A DNA stretch of 64,000 bases from Gemmatimonadales bacterium (lineage in GTDB: Bacteria; Gemmatimonadota; Gemmatimonadetes; Gemmatimonadales; GWC2-71-9), in assembly GCA_041741375.1 (NCBI GenBank), contig JBGSKF010000241.1, forward strand, positions 1,878 to 65,877, read 5' to 3'. Below, one piece after another: positions 15,849-25,743 of the stretch (positions within the stretch are counted from its first letter, which is position 1; every line of letters starts with the position of its first letter). The notes below the pieces were generated by a model. It saw only the letters and a program-made list of their open reading frames with translations, did no database searches and was not told the DNA's origin. The translations under genes were made by a program, and so were the position numbers.

Positions 15849-16718
15849 ATGACCGGGTTCGGGGTTGCTGAGGGAGACGTCGACGGCGGCCGCCTCCAGG
15901 TGGAGATCCGGACGGTGAACCACCGGCATTTCTCGGCCACGATCCGGGCTCCCTCCGACCTCGGCGTCTGGGAAGTGGCGATTCGCGAGCGGGTGCGGCG
16001 GGAAATCGACCGCGGATCGGTCACGGTACAGTGCCGATGGATCGAGCGGCCTCCGGGGCAGGCGCCCACTCTCCTGCTCGACGTGGACCGGGCCCGGGAA
16101 GCGATGGCACGGCTCCGGGAGTTGCAGATGGCTGTCGGCCTGAGCGGCGACATCCCTCTCGATCTCCTGGCCCGGCAGCCCGACGTGTTCCGGATGCCGG
16201 AGGAGGAGAACGGACAGGCTCCCTCGTGGGACGCGGTCGCCTCCGTTGTGGACGCCGCTTCGGCTGGATGCCGCGCGGCACGAACCCGGGAAGGGAGGGC
16301 CCTCGGCGAGGACCTCGGCGGGCGGGTGACGGAACTGGAGCGCGCGGCTGCGGCCATACGGGAGCTGGCGCCGGATCGCCTGGTGCGCGAGCGGGACCGC
16401 CTGAAAGCGTCGGTGGCTGAGCTGCTCGAGGGTCGTCCCGCACCGGAGGACCGGATCGCGCTGGAGATCGCGCTTCTCGCGGACCGGCTCGATATCTCCG
16501 AGGAGCTGGTCCGGCTGGAGGCCCACTTTGCCGCCGTACGGGATCTCCTCGGGGCCGATCGTCCGATCGGGAAGGAACTGGGATTCCTGGCCCAGGAGAT
16601 GGGGCGGGAAGTCAATACCGTGGGATCGAAGGCCAACGACGCCGCCATGGCAAGACTGGTCGTGACCATGAAGGGAGAACTCGAGAAATTTCGCGAGCAA
16701 CTCGACAACTTGGAGTGA
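15849..16718 (+). CDS. yicC: YicC-family stress-induced protein
   Basis: ORF 15837..16718. ATG at 15849 (MTGFG...). The N-terminal YicC domain and the C-terminal EINTIGSKAND-like motif (EVNTVGSKANDAAM) are present. Confidence 0.85.
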   Translation: MTGFGVAEGDVDGGRLQVEIRTVNHRHFSATIRAPSDLGVWEVAIRERVRREIDRGSVTVQCRWIERPPGQAPTLLLDVDRAREAMARLRELQMAVGLSGDIPLDLLARQPDVFRMPEEENGQAPSWDAVASVVDAASAGCRAARTREGRALGEDLGGRVTELERAAAAIRELAPDRLVRERDRLKASVAELLEGRPAPEDRIALEIALLADRLDISEELVRLEAHFAAVRDLLGADRPIGKELGFLAQEMGREVNTVGSKANDAAMARLVVTMKGELEKFREQLDNLE

Positions 16719-17380
16719 CGCCCTTCCTCCTGGTCCTCTCCTCTCCTTCCGGGGTGGGAAAGTCGACCATTGCCCGGCACCTTCTGGCAGCCCGGGACGA
16801 CCTGGCCTACTCGGTCAGCGCCACGACGCGGGCCCCGAGGTCCGGCGAACAGGATGGGGTGGAGTATCACTTCCTGACGCCGGAGCAGTTCCAGGCGCAG
16901 GTCGACGCGGGGGCGTTTCTCGAGTGGGCCACGTACGGGGGCCACCGGTACGGTACCCTTCTATCCGAGGTGGAATCCAGCCTGGAGTCGGGGAAGAACG
17001 TGGTCCTCGACATCGAGGTGGCGGGGGCGGCTCAGGTGAGGGAGCGGATGCCCAATTCGATTCACGTCTTCCTGGTCCCGCCCGACGCGCGGACCATGGT
17101 CGAACGACTGACCGGACGGAAGACCGATTCGGAGGACGCCGTGGCGCAGCGGATCGCACACGCGAAGGAAGAGCTGTCCCATGTGGCCCAGTACGACTAT
17201 GTCGTCCTGAATGACGACCTGGTTCACGCGGTGGACCGGGTGGCCGCCATTCTGGATGCGGAAGGCACCAGGGTCAGCCGCCGGGCCGGCCTCGATGCCT
17301 TTGTGAAAAAGCTCCGAGCCGATCTCGGCACGGTAGCTCTTACTGAAGCGACGGGATCCTCCGTCCAGGAGAACGCATAA
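16715..17380 (+). CDS. gmk: Guanylate kinase
   Basis: P-loop SSPSGVGKST, then SATTRAPRSGEQDGVEYHF. GTGA overlap with yicC. Confidence 0.9.
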   Translation: MTPFLLVLSSPSGVGKSTIARHLLAARDDLAYSVSATTRAPRSGEQDGVEYHFLTPEQFQAQVDAGAFLEWATYGGHRYGTLLSEVESSLESGKNVVLDIEVAGAAQVRERMPNSIHVFLVPPDARTMVERLTGRKTDSEDAVAQRIAHAKEELSHVAQYDYVVLNDDLVHAVDRVAAILDAEGTRVSRRAGLDAFVKKLRADLGTVALTEATGSSVQENA

Positions 17381-17607
17381 TGGAAATTTTCACACCGATG
17401 GAAACGGCCCGGTTTGCCGGGACCAAATACCGGAGCATTCTGGTGGCGGCTCGCTTTGCCCGGCAGGTGAACGAGCTTCCCCGCGATCGCCTGCTCCAGG
17501 TAGAGGGGGAGGATCGTCCGAAGAAGCTCACCACCCTGGCCCTCCAGAAGCTCACGACCGGCGCGCTCAACTTCCGGGAACTGCGGCGTCGGCGCGCCGG
17601 GGCCTGA
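17380..17607 (+). CDS. rpoZ: DNA-directed RNA polymerase subunit omega
   Basis: 75 aa with KYRSILVAARFARQV (omega helix pattern). Conserved gmk-rpoZ synteny, with overlapping stop and start. Confidence 0.75.
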   Translation: MEIFTPMETARFAGTKYRSILVAARFARQVNELPRDRLLQVEGEDRPKKLTTLALQKLTTGALNFRELRRRRAGA

Positions 17608-18806
17608 TGTCGTTCGCCAACCGGCACGTCGTCCTGGGCGTGACGGGAGGCATCGCCGCGTACAAGAGCTGCACTCTGCTCCGGCGCCTGGTGGAGGCGG
17701 GGGCCCGGGTGGACGTCATCCTGACGCATGGTGCCATGGAATTCGTGCGTCCCTTGACCTTCGAGGCGTTGAGCGGTCGACCGGTCCTGACTGACCTCTG
17801 GGCCCTGGACGCGGCACTCTCGCATGTGCGGCTGGGGCAGGACGCCGACCTGATCGTCGTGGCCCCCGCCACCGCCCACCTGATTGCCCGGCTGGCGCAC
17901 GGCCTGGCCGATGATCTGCTGACCTCGCTCCTCCTCGCACGAACGGCACCACTCCTGGTCGCCCCCGCCATGAACGATGCGATGTATGCCGCCCCGCCCA
18001 CCCAGGTCAACCTCGCCACCCTGCGGGCGCACGGGGTGCACCTGGTCGGTCCCGAGGTGGGACCTCTCGCCGAGGGCCCTTCGGACCGGCCGGGGCGAAT
18101 GAGCGAACCTGGGACCATCCTCGATCACGCGGCCCGTCTCCTTCACGGCGCCGGTCCCCTCTCCGGTCTCCGAGTGGTTGTCACAGCGGGAGCCACGCGG
18201 GAGGCCCTCGACCCGGTCCGTGTCGTCACCAACCGGTCCAGCGGCAAGATGGGCTTCCGGCTCGCGGAGGCCGCCTGGCAACGCGGGGCCGATGTCCACC
18301 TGATCACGGGGCCCTCGGCGGAGCCGACTCCCACCGGCGTCACGCTCGAAAGGATCACGACCACGGCAGACCTCCAGGCCGCCGTGGCCTCGGCGCTTCC
18401 CACGGCCGACGTCCTGATCATGGCCGCGGCACCCGCGGATTACCGGCCCGCCCGGTCCGCCGACCGGAAGCGTTCCCGAAGCGAGGGCACCCTGCAGGTC
18501 GACTTCGAGCCGACGGAGGACATTCTTCTCTCCACACGGGAGGCACGGAAGCCCGGGGCGGTCATCGTGGGGTTTGCTCTGGAGACGGGAGATGCCGTGG
18601 CGAAGGGACGCGCCAAGCTGGAACGCAAGGATCTCGACATCATCGTCATCAACGATGCTCTGGAACCGGGGGCCGGGTTCGACGTGGAAACCAACCGGGT
18701 GACCCTGGTGGATCGGACCGGGCAGGTGATCGAGGTACCGCTGGCCAGCAAGCGTGAGGTGGCCCACGCCATCCTCGCCACGGTGGAGGGTCGCCTTGCC
18801 CGATGA
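17607..18806 (+). CDS. coaBC: Phosphopantothenoylcysteine decarboxylase / phosphopantothenate-cysteine ligase
   Basis: 399 aa with VVLGVTGGIAAYKS, PAMN and NRSSGKMG motifs. Confidence 0.9.
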   Translation: MSFANRHVVLGVTGGIAAYKSCTLLRRLVEAGARVDVILTHGAMEFVRPLTFEALSGRPVLTDLWALDAALSHVRLGQDADLIVVAPATAHLIARLAHGLADDLLTSLLLARTAPLLVAPAMNDAMYAAPPTQVNLATLRAHGVHLVGPEVGPLAEGPSDRPGRMSEPGTILDHAARLLHGAGPLSGLRVVVTAGATREALDPVRVVTNRSSGKMGFRLAEAAWQRGADVHLITGPSAEPTPTGVTLERITTTADLQAAVASALPTADVLIMAAAPADYRPARSADRKRSRSEGTLQVDFEPTEDILLSTREARKPGAVIVGFALETGDAVAKGRAKLERKDLDIIVINDALEPGAGFDVETNRVTLVDRTGQVIEVPLASKREVAHAILATVEGRLAR

Positions 18807-19638
18807 CCTGCGGCGACGCTATCTCCGGCAGCAGATGGAGATGGGAGGGGAGGTCGTGATCCTCCCGGCCGGAATCAACCGCGCCGCCGCCGCACCAACG
18901 GCAGCCCGGCCTCTGCGGACGACCAAGGCCCACGGGGCCGCGCCCGCTCCCGCGTCCCCGTCGACACCGGCCGGGACCACCCCTTCGGCATCTTCCGAGG
19001 AGAAATGGCGGGTTGACGCCCCCGCCATCCCCGGACCCGGACGAACCGTCACTCCGGCGCCCGGCGTGATTTCCTCGGCGAGGGCCCTGTTCCCCGACCT
19101 CGGGGCTCTCGCCGAGGCGGTTCGTGGGTGTGATGCCTGTCCGCTGTGCCGCGAACGGGCCAACGCGGTCCCGGGCGAGGGGAATCCCGAAGCTCGGCTG
19201 ATGCTGGTGGGGGAAGGACCGGGTGCCACCGAAGATGAAACGGGACGCCCCTTCGTCGGGCGGGCCGGTGAACTCTTGACCGGAATCCTGGGCGCCATCG
19301 GGCTCACCCGGGAGGAGGTTTTCATCGCCAATGTGGTGAAGTGCCGGCCCCCGAAGAATCGCAAACCGCTCCCCGATGAGATGGCCGCCTGTTTCCCCTA
19401 TCTCCATCGCCAGATTACTCTGGTGAAGCCCCGTGTCCTCCTGGCGCTGGGAGGAACAGCGGCCGAGGCGCTGCTCGACGTTCGCAGCAGCCTGGGACAG
19501 CTCCGCGGGGCGGTGCATCGATACGACGGGATTCCGCTCATCGTGACCTATCACCCCGCAGCACTGCTTCGCAACCCGCAGTGGAAGAAACCGACCTGGG
19601 ATGACGTACGGATTGCCCGACAGCTCCTCGACGGCTGA
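18796..19638 (+). CDS. Uracil-DNA glycosylase, family 4
   Basis: ORF 18754..19638. CxxCxLC cluster (CDACPLC), GEGNPEARLMLVGEGPGATED and FVGRAG motifs. The start is uncertain; TTG 18796 was chosen, with ATG 18835 as the alternative. Confidence 0.8.
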   Translation: MPDDLRRRYLRQQMEMGGEVVILPAGINRAAAAPTAARPLRTTKAHGAAPAPASPSTPAGTTPSASSEEKWRVDAPAIPGPGRTVTPAPGVISSARALFPDLGALAEAVRGCDACPLCRERANAVPGEGNPEARLMLVGEGPGATEDETGRPFVGRAGELLTGILGAIGLTREEVFIANVVKCRPPKNRKPLPDEMAACFPYLHRQITLVKPRVLLALGGTAAEALLDVRSSLGQLRGAVHRYDGIPLIVTYHPAALLRNPQWKKPTWDDVRIARQLLDG

Positions 19639-20977
19639 ACCGCAGATCGGCCGGGCCGCCCCCTGGAGCCTGGAGGCCGAGCAGGCGGTGCTCGGCGCCA
19701 TGCTCCTCGACCAGGACGCGGCACTTCGGGCCGTCGAGCTCCTCGACTATACCATGTTCTACAGGGAGGCGCACCGCCGCCTCTTCCGGGCCATGGCATC
19801 GCTGTCCGAACAAAGGACCGTCATCGATCATGTGACCCTCCGCGATGAACTCACCCGCCGGGGGGATCTGGAGGCGGCGGGCGGCATCGAGTACATCGCC
19901 GAGTTGCTGGAGGCCACGGCCACCGCGGCGAACCTCGAGTTCCACGCCAAGATCATCCGGGACCGGAGCATCCTCCGCCGACTGATCGAGGCGTCCACCA
20001 CCATCATCACCGAGGCCTACGAAGGGCGCTCCACCGCCTCCGATCTCCTGGATGTGGCCGAAGGGAGGATCTTCACGATCTCCCAGGAGCGACGGGATGC
20101 CGGCTTCACCCGGATCAAGGAGATGCTCTGGCCCACGATGGAGCGCATAGAAACGCTCCACAAGAGCGGGAAATCGATTACCGGAGTTCCGAGCGGTTTC
20201 CGAGATTTGGATCGGTTGACCAGCGGGTTCCAGGAGTCGGAGCTGATCATCGTGGCGGCCCGCCCGTCGATGGGCAAAACGGCGTTCTGTCTGAATCTGG
20301 CGGCGCATGCCGCGATCGAGGGCTATGGCGTGGCGGTCTTTTCCCTGGAAATGTCCAAGGAGGCGCTGGTGCAACGCATGTTGACCGCCGAGGCGCAGGT
20401 GGACGCCCAGCGGGTGCGCACCGGCTCCCTGCGGGACGCCGACTTCACCCAGTTGGCCCGTGCCGCCGGCATTCTCCAGAGTTGCCCGCTCTGGATCGAC
20501 GACACTCCCGCTCTGGCCCTGCTCGAGATGCGGTCCAAGGCCCGTCGGCTCCGGGCGGACAACGACGTCCGGCTGATCATCGTGGACTACCTGCAGCTGA
20601 TGCGGAGCCCCGAGTACTCCGACAACCGGGTGCAGGAAATCAGCGACATCAGCCGCTCCCTGAAGGGGCTGGCCCGGGAACTGGCCGTGCCGGTCATCGC
20701 GCTCTCGCAGCTGTCCCGCGCCTCGGAACAACGGGGCGGTGAACGGCGCCCGATCCTCTCGGACCTGCGGGACTCCGGCGCCATCGAACAGGACGCCGAC
20801 CTCGTCATGTTCATCCACCGTCCCGAGTACTACGACCGCGAGGACGAATCGAAGCGGGGCGTGGCGGAGATCATGCTCTCCAAGAACCGGAACGGTCCCA
20901 CCGGTGAAGTGACGCTTCACTTCCACCGCGAGTTCACGCTCTTCCAGGACTTCTCCCCCCGCAGCGATCGGGAATAG
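19601..20977 (+). CDS. dnaB: Replicative DNA helicase
   Basis: 458 aa. N-terminal PWSLEAEQAVLGAML, Walker A ARPSMGKT, and IIVDYLQLM. Confidence 0.95.
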   Translation: MTYGLPDSSSTAEPQIGRAAPWSLEAEQAVLGAMLLDQDAALRAVELLDYTMFYREAHRRLFRAMASLSEQRTVIDHVTLRDELTRRGDLEAAGGIEYIAELLEATATAANLEFHAKIIRDRSILRRLIEASTTIITEAYEGRSTASDLLDVAEGRIFTISQERRDAGFTRIKEMLWPTMERIETLHKSGKSITGVPSGFRDLDRLTSGFQESELIIVAARPSMGKTAFCLNLAAHAAIEGYGVAVFSLEMSKEALVQRMLTAEAQVDAQRVRTGSLRDADFTQLARAAGILQSCPLWIDDTPALALLEMRSKARRLRADNDVRLIIVDYLQLMRSPEYSDNRVQEISDISRSLKGLARELAVPVIALSQLSRASEQRGGERRPILSDLRDSGAIEQDADLVMFIHRPEYYDREDESKRGVAEIMLSKNRNGPTGEVTLHFHREFTLFQDFSPRSDRE

Positions 20978-20980
20978 ACG

Positions 20981-22345
20981 ATGGGGCGCCACGGTTCGTC
21001 GAGCTTTCGGTGCACCGAATGCGGGCACACCCACCCCCGGTGGGCCGGCCGGTGCGAGGCGTGTCACGCCTGGAACACGATCGCGGAGGAGGCGGGGTCT
21101 CGGCAGTCACCGGGTCGGGGCCGCCGGGGGGGCCGGGGAAGCCCGTCGGCGGAGGTACAGCCCCTCGGGGAAGTGACCGGGCAGCGCCTGGTGCGGTGGC
21201 CCACCGGCCTGCGGGAACTTGATCATGTCCTTGGGGGGGGCGTCGTTCCAGGATCGATCACCCTGATCGGGGGTGAGCCGGGCATTGGCAAATCGACTCT
21301 CCTGCTCCAGGTAGCCGCACGTCTCGTGGCGTCGGGGAGGCGGGTTCTCTATACCAGCGGTGAGGAGTCCCCGGAGCAGATCCGGATGCGTGCCGACCGG
21401 CTGGAGGAGGACGCCGGGGGGGTGCTCGTGGCGGGGGCCACCGGGCTCGAGGCCATTGTGGCCGCCACGGCCGAAACCAAGACCGACCTTCTCGTCCTGG
21501 ATTCGATCCAGACCGTATACACGGAGGCCCTGGAGAGCGCTCCCGGAAGTGTCGGCCAGGTAAGAGAATGCGCGGCGCGTCTCATGCGATGCGCGAAGGA
21601 AACGGGCACGGCTGTGATCGTGGTGGGACACGTGACCAAGGATGGGGGAATCGCCGGCCCCCGGACTTTGGAGCACATCGTGGACACGGTGCTCTACTTC
21701 GAGGGTGAGCCGTCGCTTGATTATCGCCTCCTCCGTGCCACCAAGAACCGCTTCGGGTCGGTGGATGAACTCGGGGTGTTCTCGATGACGGGACGCGGGC
21801 TGGTTCCGGTTCCCAATCCGTCTGCCCTCTTTCTCGCCGCGCGGACGTCCTCCACCAGTGGAAGCGCCGTGACGGCCTTGATGGAAGGGACCCGCCCCGT
21901 GCTGGTGGAGGTGCAGGCTCTCGCCTCGCCGAGTGGGTACGGCACCTCCCAGAGGGTCGCGACCGGTCTCGACCCCAAGCGCCTGGCGGTGCTCCTGGCG
22001 GTCCTGGAGAGGCGCGGAGGGGCGGATTTCCGATCCCTCGATGTGTTCGTCCAGGTCACGGCCGGGGTGCGCCTGACCGAGCCCGCGGCCGACCTCGCGG
22101 TGGCGGCGGCACTCCTCTCGAGTGGAACCAATGTCCCCATCCCCTCCGACCTTCTCTTCCTAGGGGAAGTGGGCCTCGGCGGGGAGATCCGGCCGGTTGG
22201 CGGGGGCGACCGGCGCCTGGCCGAGGCCGAGCGACTCGGGTTTCGCCGGGCCGTTGCTCCGGCGCGAATGACCCTGTCGGTGCCCGGAATCCGGCATATT
22301 CCCCTGGAACATGTCGAGGAGTTGGCCCATGTCATTGCCGCGTGA
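20981..22345 (+). CDS. radA: DNA repair protein RadA/Sms
   Basis: Zinc finger (FRCTECGHTHPRWAGRCEACHAWNT), Walker A (GGEPGIGKST), KNRFG, and a Lon-like C-terminal domain. Confidence 0.95.
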   Translation: MGRHGSSSFRCTECGHTHPRWAGRCEACHAWNTIAEEAGSRQSPGRGRRGGRGSPSAEVQPLGEVTGQRLVRWPTGLRELDHVLGGGVVPGSITLIGGEPGIGKSTLLLQVAARLVASGRRVLYTSGEESPEQIRMRADRLEEDAGGVLVAGATGLEAIVAATAETKTDLLVLDSIQTVYTEALESAPGSVGQVRECAARLMRCAKETGTAVIVVGHVTKDGGIAGPRTLEHIVDTVLYFEGEPSLDYRLLRATKNRFGSVDELGVFSMTGRGLVPVPNPSALFLAARTSSTSGSAVTALMEGTRPVLVEVQALASPSGYGTSQRVATGLDPKRLAVLLAVLERRGGADFRSLDVFVQVTAGVRLTEPAADLAVAAALLSSGTNVPIPSDLLFLGEVGLGGEIRPVGGGDRRLAEAERLGFRRAVAPARMTLSVPGIRHIPLEHVEELAHVIAA

Positions 22346-23045
22346 TGTCGGGCTGGTGCTGCTCGGGGCCGGCGCCGGGCTCCGCGCGGGAGGGGAAATC
22401 CCGAAGCAGTTCCGTGACGTCGCCGGGGTCCCCTTGCTCCTCCGCAGCTTGCGAGCCTTCGCCTGGCATCAAGCGATCGGTGCGGTGGTGATCACCCTTC
22501 CCCCCGACGAGGTGGTCGATCCTCAGGCCTGGGTCCGGGCGGTGGAGGGGGAGCGGCTCCTGATCATCGCCGGGGGAGCCACGCGGGCGGAGAGTGTTCG
22601 GGCGGCGCTCGCCGTACTGCCTTCGGACTGCCACACGGTGGTGGTGCATGACGGCGTCCGGCCCTTTCCGAGCCGGAGAGCCATCGAGGCCGTGGTGTCT
22701 GCCGCGCGGAAGGGGCAGGCTGCGATCGCCGCGATTCCCGTGACCGATACCATCAAGGCGGGCTCTCCGGGCCCCGCGGGTGTCGGAGTCGTTGTCTCGC
22801 GGACGATTCCCCGGGAGACGCTCTGGCGAGCCGCCACCCCACAGGCGTTTCCCCGTGCCCTGCTGGAGCGGGCCCACGCGCAGGCGGCCACGGAGATGTT
22901 CTCCGCAGCGACGGACGACGCCATGCTGGTGGAGGCGCTTGGCGTGCCGGTTCAGCTCGTTGCGGAGGACCCCACGAACATCAAGGTGACGTTTCCCGGC
23001 GATTTCCTTCTCGCCGAAGCCATCGCCGCCCTGAGTCCCCCATGA
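22329..23045 (+). CDS. ispD: 2-C-methyl-D-erythritol 4-phosphate cytidylyltransferase
   Basis: ORF 22311..23045. ATG at 22329. Motifs: VLLGAGAGLRAG...PKQF, VVVHDGVRPF, PVTDTIK. Confidence 0.85.
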   Translation: MSLPRDVGLVLLGAGAGLRAGGEIPKQFRDVAGVPLLLRSLRAFAWHQAIGAVVITLPPDEVVDPQAWVRAVEGERLLIIAGGATRAESVRAALAVLPSDCHTVVVHDGVRPFPSRRAIEAVVSAARKGQAAIAAIPVTDTIKAGSPGPAGVGVVVSRTIPRETLWRAATPQAFPRALLERAHAQAATEMFSAATDDAMLVEALGVPVQLVAEDPTNIKVTFPGDFLLAEAIAALSPP

Positions 23046-23692
23046 TGATCCCCTTCCAGACCGGCACAGAGATCCGGGACGCACTTCCCCGGGTGATCCA
23101 GCACCTCCGCTCCGGCGGGCTGCTCGGCTATCCGACCGAAACGGTATACGGAATCGGGTCCCTGGCGGAGGAAGGCGCCCTCTCCCGATTGGCGGCGATG
23201 AAGGGACGTCCCGAGGGCAAGCCATTTCTCCTCCTCGTCTCGAGCCGCGCGATGGCGGAGCACCACGGACTGGTCTTCACTCCCTCCGCGAACCTGCTGA
23301 GCCAGGCCTTCTGGCCGGGGCCTCTCACCCTGGTGTTGGCCGGTGCCGAGGGTCGTCTCCCCGATTCGCTCCGTGGGCAGGAAGGGGGCATCGCGGTCCG
23401 TCACACCTCCCAGCCTGGCATGGCCGAGTTGATCGAGGCTCTCGGACAACCGCTCACCTCCACCTCCGCCAACCGTCCCGGAGGGCCGACGGCTCCCGGA
23501 GCCGCCCACGTGGAGGAGCTCTTTCCCGACGCAGTCCGTTCGGGTGACCTGCTGGTCCTCGACGGAGGAGTTCTGGGCAATGTGCCGCCCTCCACGCTGG
23601 TGGATTGCACCACCGTGGTCCCCCGGCTCGTCCGGGAGGGCGCGCTGCCCCGCGGCGAACTCCGCCGTGCCGTGGGACGTCTGGCGCCATGA
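23042..23692 (+). CDS. tsaC: L-threonylcarbamoyladenylate synthase (YrdC/TsaC domain)
   Basis: Motifs: GYPTETVYGIG, KGRPEGKPF, GPLTLVL, TSANRPGGP. Confidence 0.85.
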   Translation: MMIPFQTGTEIRDALPRVIQHLRSGGLLGYPTETVYGIGSLAEEGALSRLAAMKGRPEGKPFLLLVSSRAMAEHHGLVFTPSANLLSQAFWPGPLTLVLAGAEGRLPDSLRGQEGGIAVRHTSQPGMAELIEALGQPLTSTSANRPGGPTAPGAAHVEELFPDAVRSGDLLVLDGGVLGNVPPSTLVDCTTVVPRLVREGALPRGELRRAVGRLAP

Positions 23693-24177
23693 CTCGCCCC
23701 AGGCGCGTCCTGTTTGTCTGTACCGGGAACACGTGCCGGTCCCCCCTGGCGGCGGGGCTCCTAGCCCGCATCCTCGCGGAGCGGGGCATTGACGGGGTCA
23801 CGGTCGGCTCGGCCGGAACCGATGCCCTGGAGGGGTCGCCGGCGAGCGAAGGTTCGTACCTCGTGGGACTGGAGCGGGGGATCGACTTGTCGGGGCATCG
23901 GGCCGCTCCCCTCACGGACACTCTCCTTGCCGGAACGACGCTGGTTCTCGGGATGACACCCAGGCATGTGCGAGTGGCCCAGGCCCTCGATCCGATGGTC
24001 CCGGCGCATCTCCTCAGCAGCTTTGCCGGAGGCGCCGCGGAGGAGATCCCGGATCCGTTCGGCGGCGACATCTCCGCCTACCGGAACCTGCTCGACCGTC
24101 TGGAACCGCTGGTGGCCCGGGTGGCCGACCGGATCGCGGCCGACTCTCCCGACGATGAGGTGGGGACGGCCCGATGA
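23689..24177 (+). CDS. Low-molecular-weight protein phosphatase (CX5R)
   Basis: ORF 23605..24177. ATG at 23689 overlaps the upstream stop. VLFVCTGNTCRSPLAAG active-site loop, and DPFGG. Confidence 0.85.
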   Translation: MTRPRRVLFVCTGNTCRSPLAAGLLARILAERGIDGVTVGSAGTDALEGSPASEGSYLVGLERGIDLSGHRAAPLTDTLLAGTTLVLGMTPRHVRVAQALDPMVPAHLLSSFAGGAAEEIPDPFGGDISAYRNLLDRLEPLVARVADRIAADSPDDEVGTAR

Positions 24178-24977
24178 GAACGACCGGTCGGACCCGGCTC
24201 TTTGTGCTTCTTGGCGATCCGGTGGCGCATTCCCTGTCTCCCGCCATGCATTCGGCGGCGTTCCAGGCAATGGGACTTGATGCAACCTACGTGGGGTTGC
24301 CCTGCCGGAGCGACGATGTCGCGGTGTTGATGCGGGCGATCGCGCGGGGAGGGGGGGGCGGAAACGTCACCATACCCCACAAACAGACCGCGGTTGAGGC
24401 ACTGGATCGACCTGTCGAGTCTCTGGTGCCGGCCTGCAACACCTTCTGGGGCGACGAGAGCGGGGAGCTCGTCGGCACCAACACCGATGTGGAAGGGATC
24501 CGGTGTGCGCTCGCGCAGCTCGAGGTCGTGTCCGGTGACTGGTGGATCCTCGGCACCGGAGGGAGCGCTCGCGCGGTGATCGAGGTGGCCCGCCAGGCCG
24601 GAGCCCGCATTGCGGTCTCCTCGCGGGACCCGGATCGTGCCCGGCAGCTGTTGTCCGATGCCGCGGCGCTGGGCGTCCCGCCGGCATCACGGGACACGTG
24701 CCGGGTGGTGGTGAACACTACTCCCCTCGGCCTCCGGGCTGAGGACTCTCTGCCCCTGGATCCTGATCTCATTCCGGCGGGAGCGGTGGCCCTCGATCTG
24801 GTCTACGGACCGGCCGGCACCCCCTGGACACGCGCCCTCACCGCCCGGTCCGTGCCGGTGTCGGATGGGCGGACTGTGCTCGTGGCGCAGGGTGCCGCTG
24901 CCTTTCGCCACTGGTTTCCCGGCATGGACCCCCCGGTGGAGGTGATGCGCGCGGTGGTGAATCGTGTCCTGGGGTGA
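24174..24977 (+). CDS. aroE: Shikimate dehydrogenase
   Basis: Motifs: LLGDPVAHSLSPAMHSAAF, NVTIPHK, NTDVEG, GTGGSARA. Confidence 0.9.
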   Translation: MRTTGRTRLFVLLGDPVAHSLSPAMHSAAFQAMGLDATYVGLPCRSDDVAVLMRAIARGGGGGNVTIPHKQTAVEALDRPVESLVPACNTFWGDESGELVGTNTDVEGIRCALAQLEVVSGDWWILGTGGSARAVIEVARQAGARIAVSSRDPDRARQLLSDAAALGVPPASRDTCRVVVNTTPLGLRAEDSLPLDPDLIPAGAVALDLVYGPAGTPWTRALTARSVPVSDGRTVLVAQGAAAFRHWFPGMDPPVEVMRAVVNRVLG

Positions 24978-25737
24978 TCTGGCCCGGGTGGCGGTGGCGG
25001 TGGAGCGATGGGCATTTCCCGGAGAGTGCCTTCTCTGCCGGACACCCACCGCCGCCGCCCGGGATCCCCTCATTTGTGACCTCTGCCGGAGCCGGTGGCA
25101 GCGGCTTCCCGAACCCCTGTGCCCTCGGTGTGGCCAGCCCGAGGAACCGGGGTTGCCCTGCCGCCTGTGCGCCGACTGGACCCCGCCGATCCCCCTGGTG
25201 CGCAGTGCCGTCTGGCTCGACGACTCGGCGCGGCGCGCGGTCCATGCCCTCAAGTATCATGGGTGGACCCGTGCCGTCGAGGCGATGGCCGCCGTCATGC
25301 TCCCGCTCGCTCCTCTCGCGTCATCGAGCGCGGTGCTCATTCCGGTCCCCCTGGGACGCGCTCGGCGTCGGGCACGAGGTTATAATCAGAGCGAAGTGCT
25401 GGCGGAGGAGATCGGCCGGCTCCGGGGGATGGTGGTGGACGCAACGCGGGTCCGCCGCACCCGTCAGACCGTCACCCAGACCCGCCTCACGCCGGAAGAG
25501 CGGCGGGCCAACCTGGCCGGGGCCTTCCAGGCTGACGGGGCCACCGGACTGCACTGCGTGCTGGTGGACGATGTCTTTACCACGGGCGCGACTCTCCTTG
25601 CTGTCGCTGACGCTCTCCGGGATGCGGGCGCCTCCTCGGTGTCCGCCGTTACTTTCGGTCGTGCACTCCGTCCCCTCGATGGGGTGGACGCCGGTGACAC
25701 ACACCGTGACCTGAACCTTCCATTGCAGGAGACCTGA
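24964..25737 (+). CDS. comF: ComF-family phosphoribosyltransferase-like protein
   Basis: N-terminal Cys pairs (CLLC...CDLC...CPRC) and a PRTase motif (VLVDDVFTTGATL). Confidence 0.8.
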   Translation: MSWGDLARVAVAVERWAFPGECLLCRTPTAAARDPLICDLCRSRWQRLPEPLCPRCGQPEEPGLPCRLCADWTPPIPLVRSAVWLDDSARRAVHALKYHGWTRAVEAMAAVMLPLAPLASSSAVLIPVPLGRARRRARGYNQSEVLAEEIGRLRGMVVDATRVRRTRQTVTQTRLTPEERRANLAGAFQADGATGLHCVLVDDVFTTGATLLAVADALRDAGASSVSAVTFGRALRPLDGVDAGDTHRDLNLPLQET

Positions 25738-25743
25738 CACATC

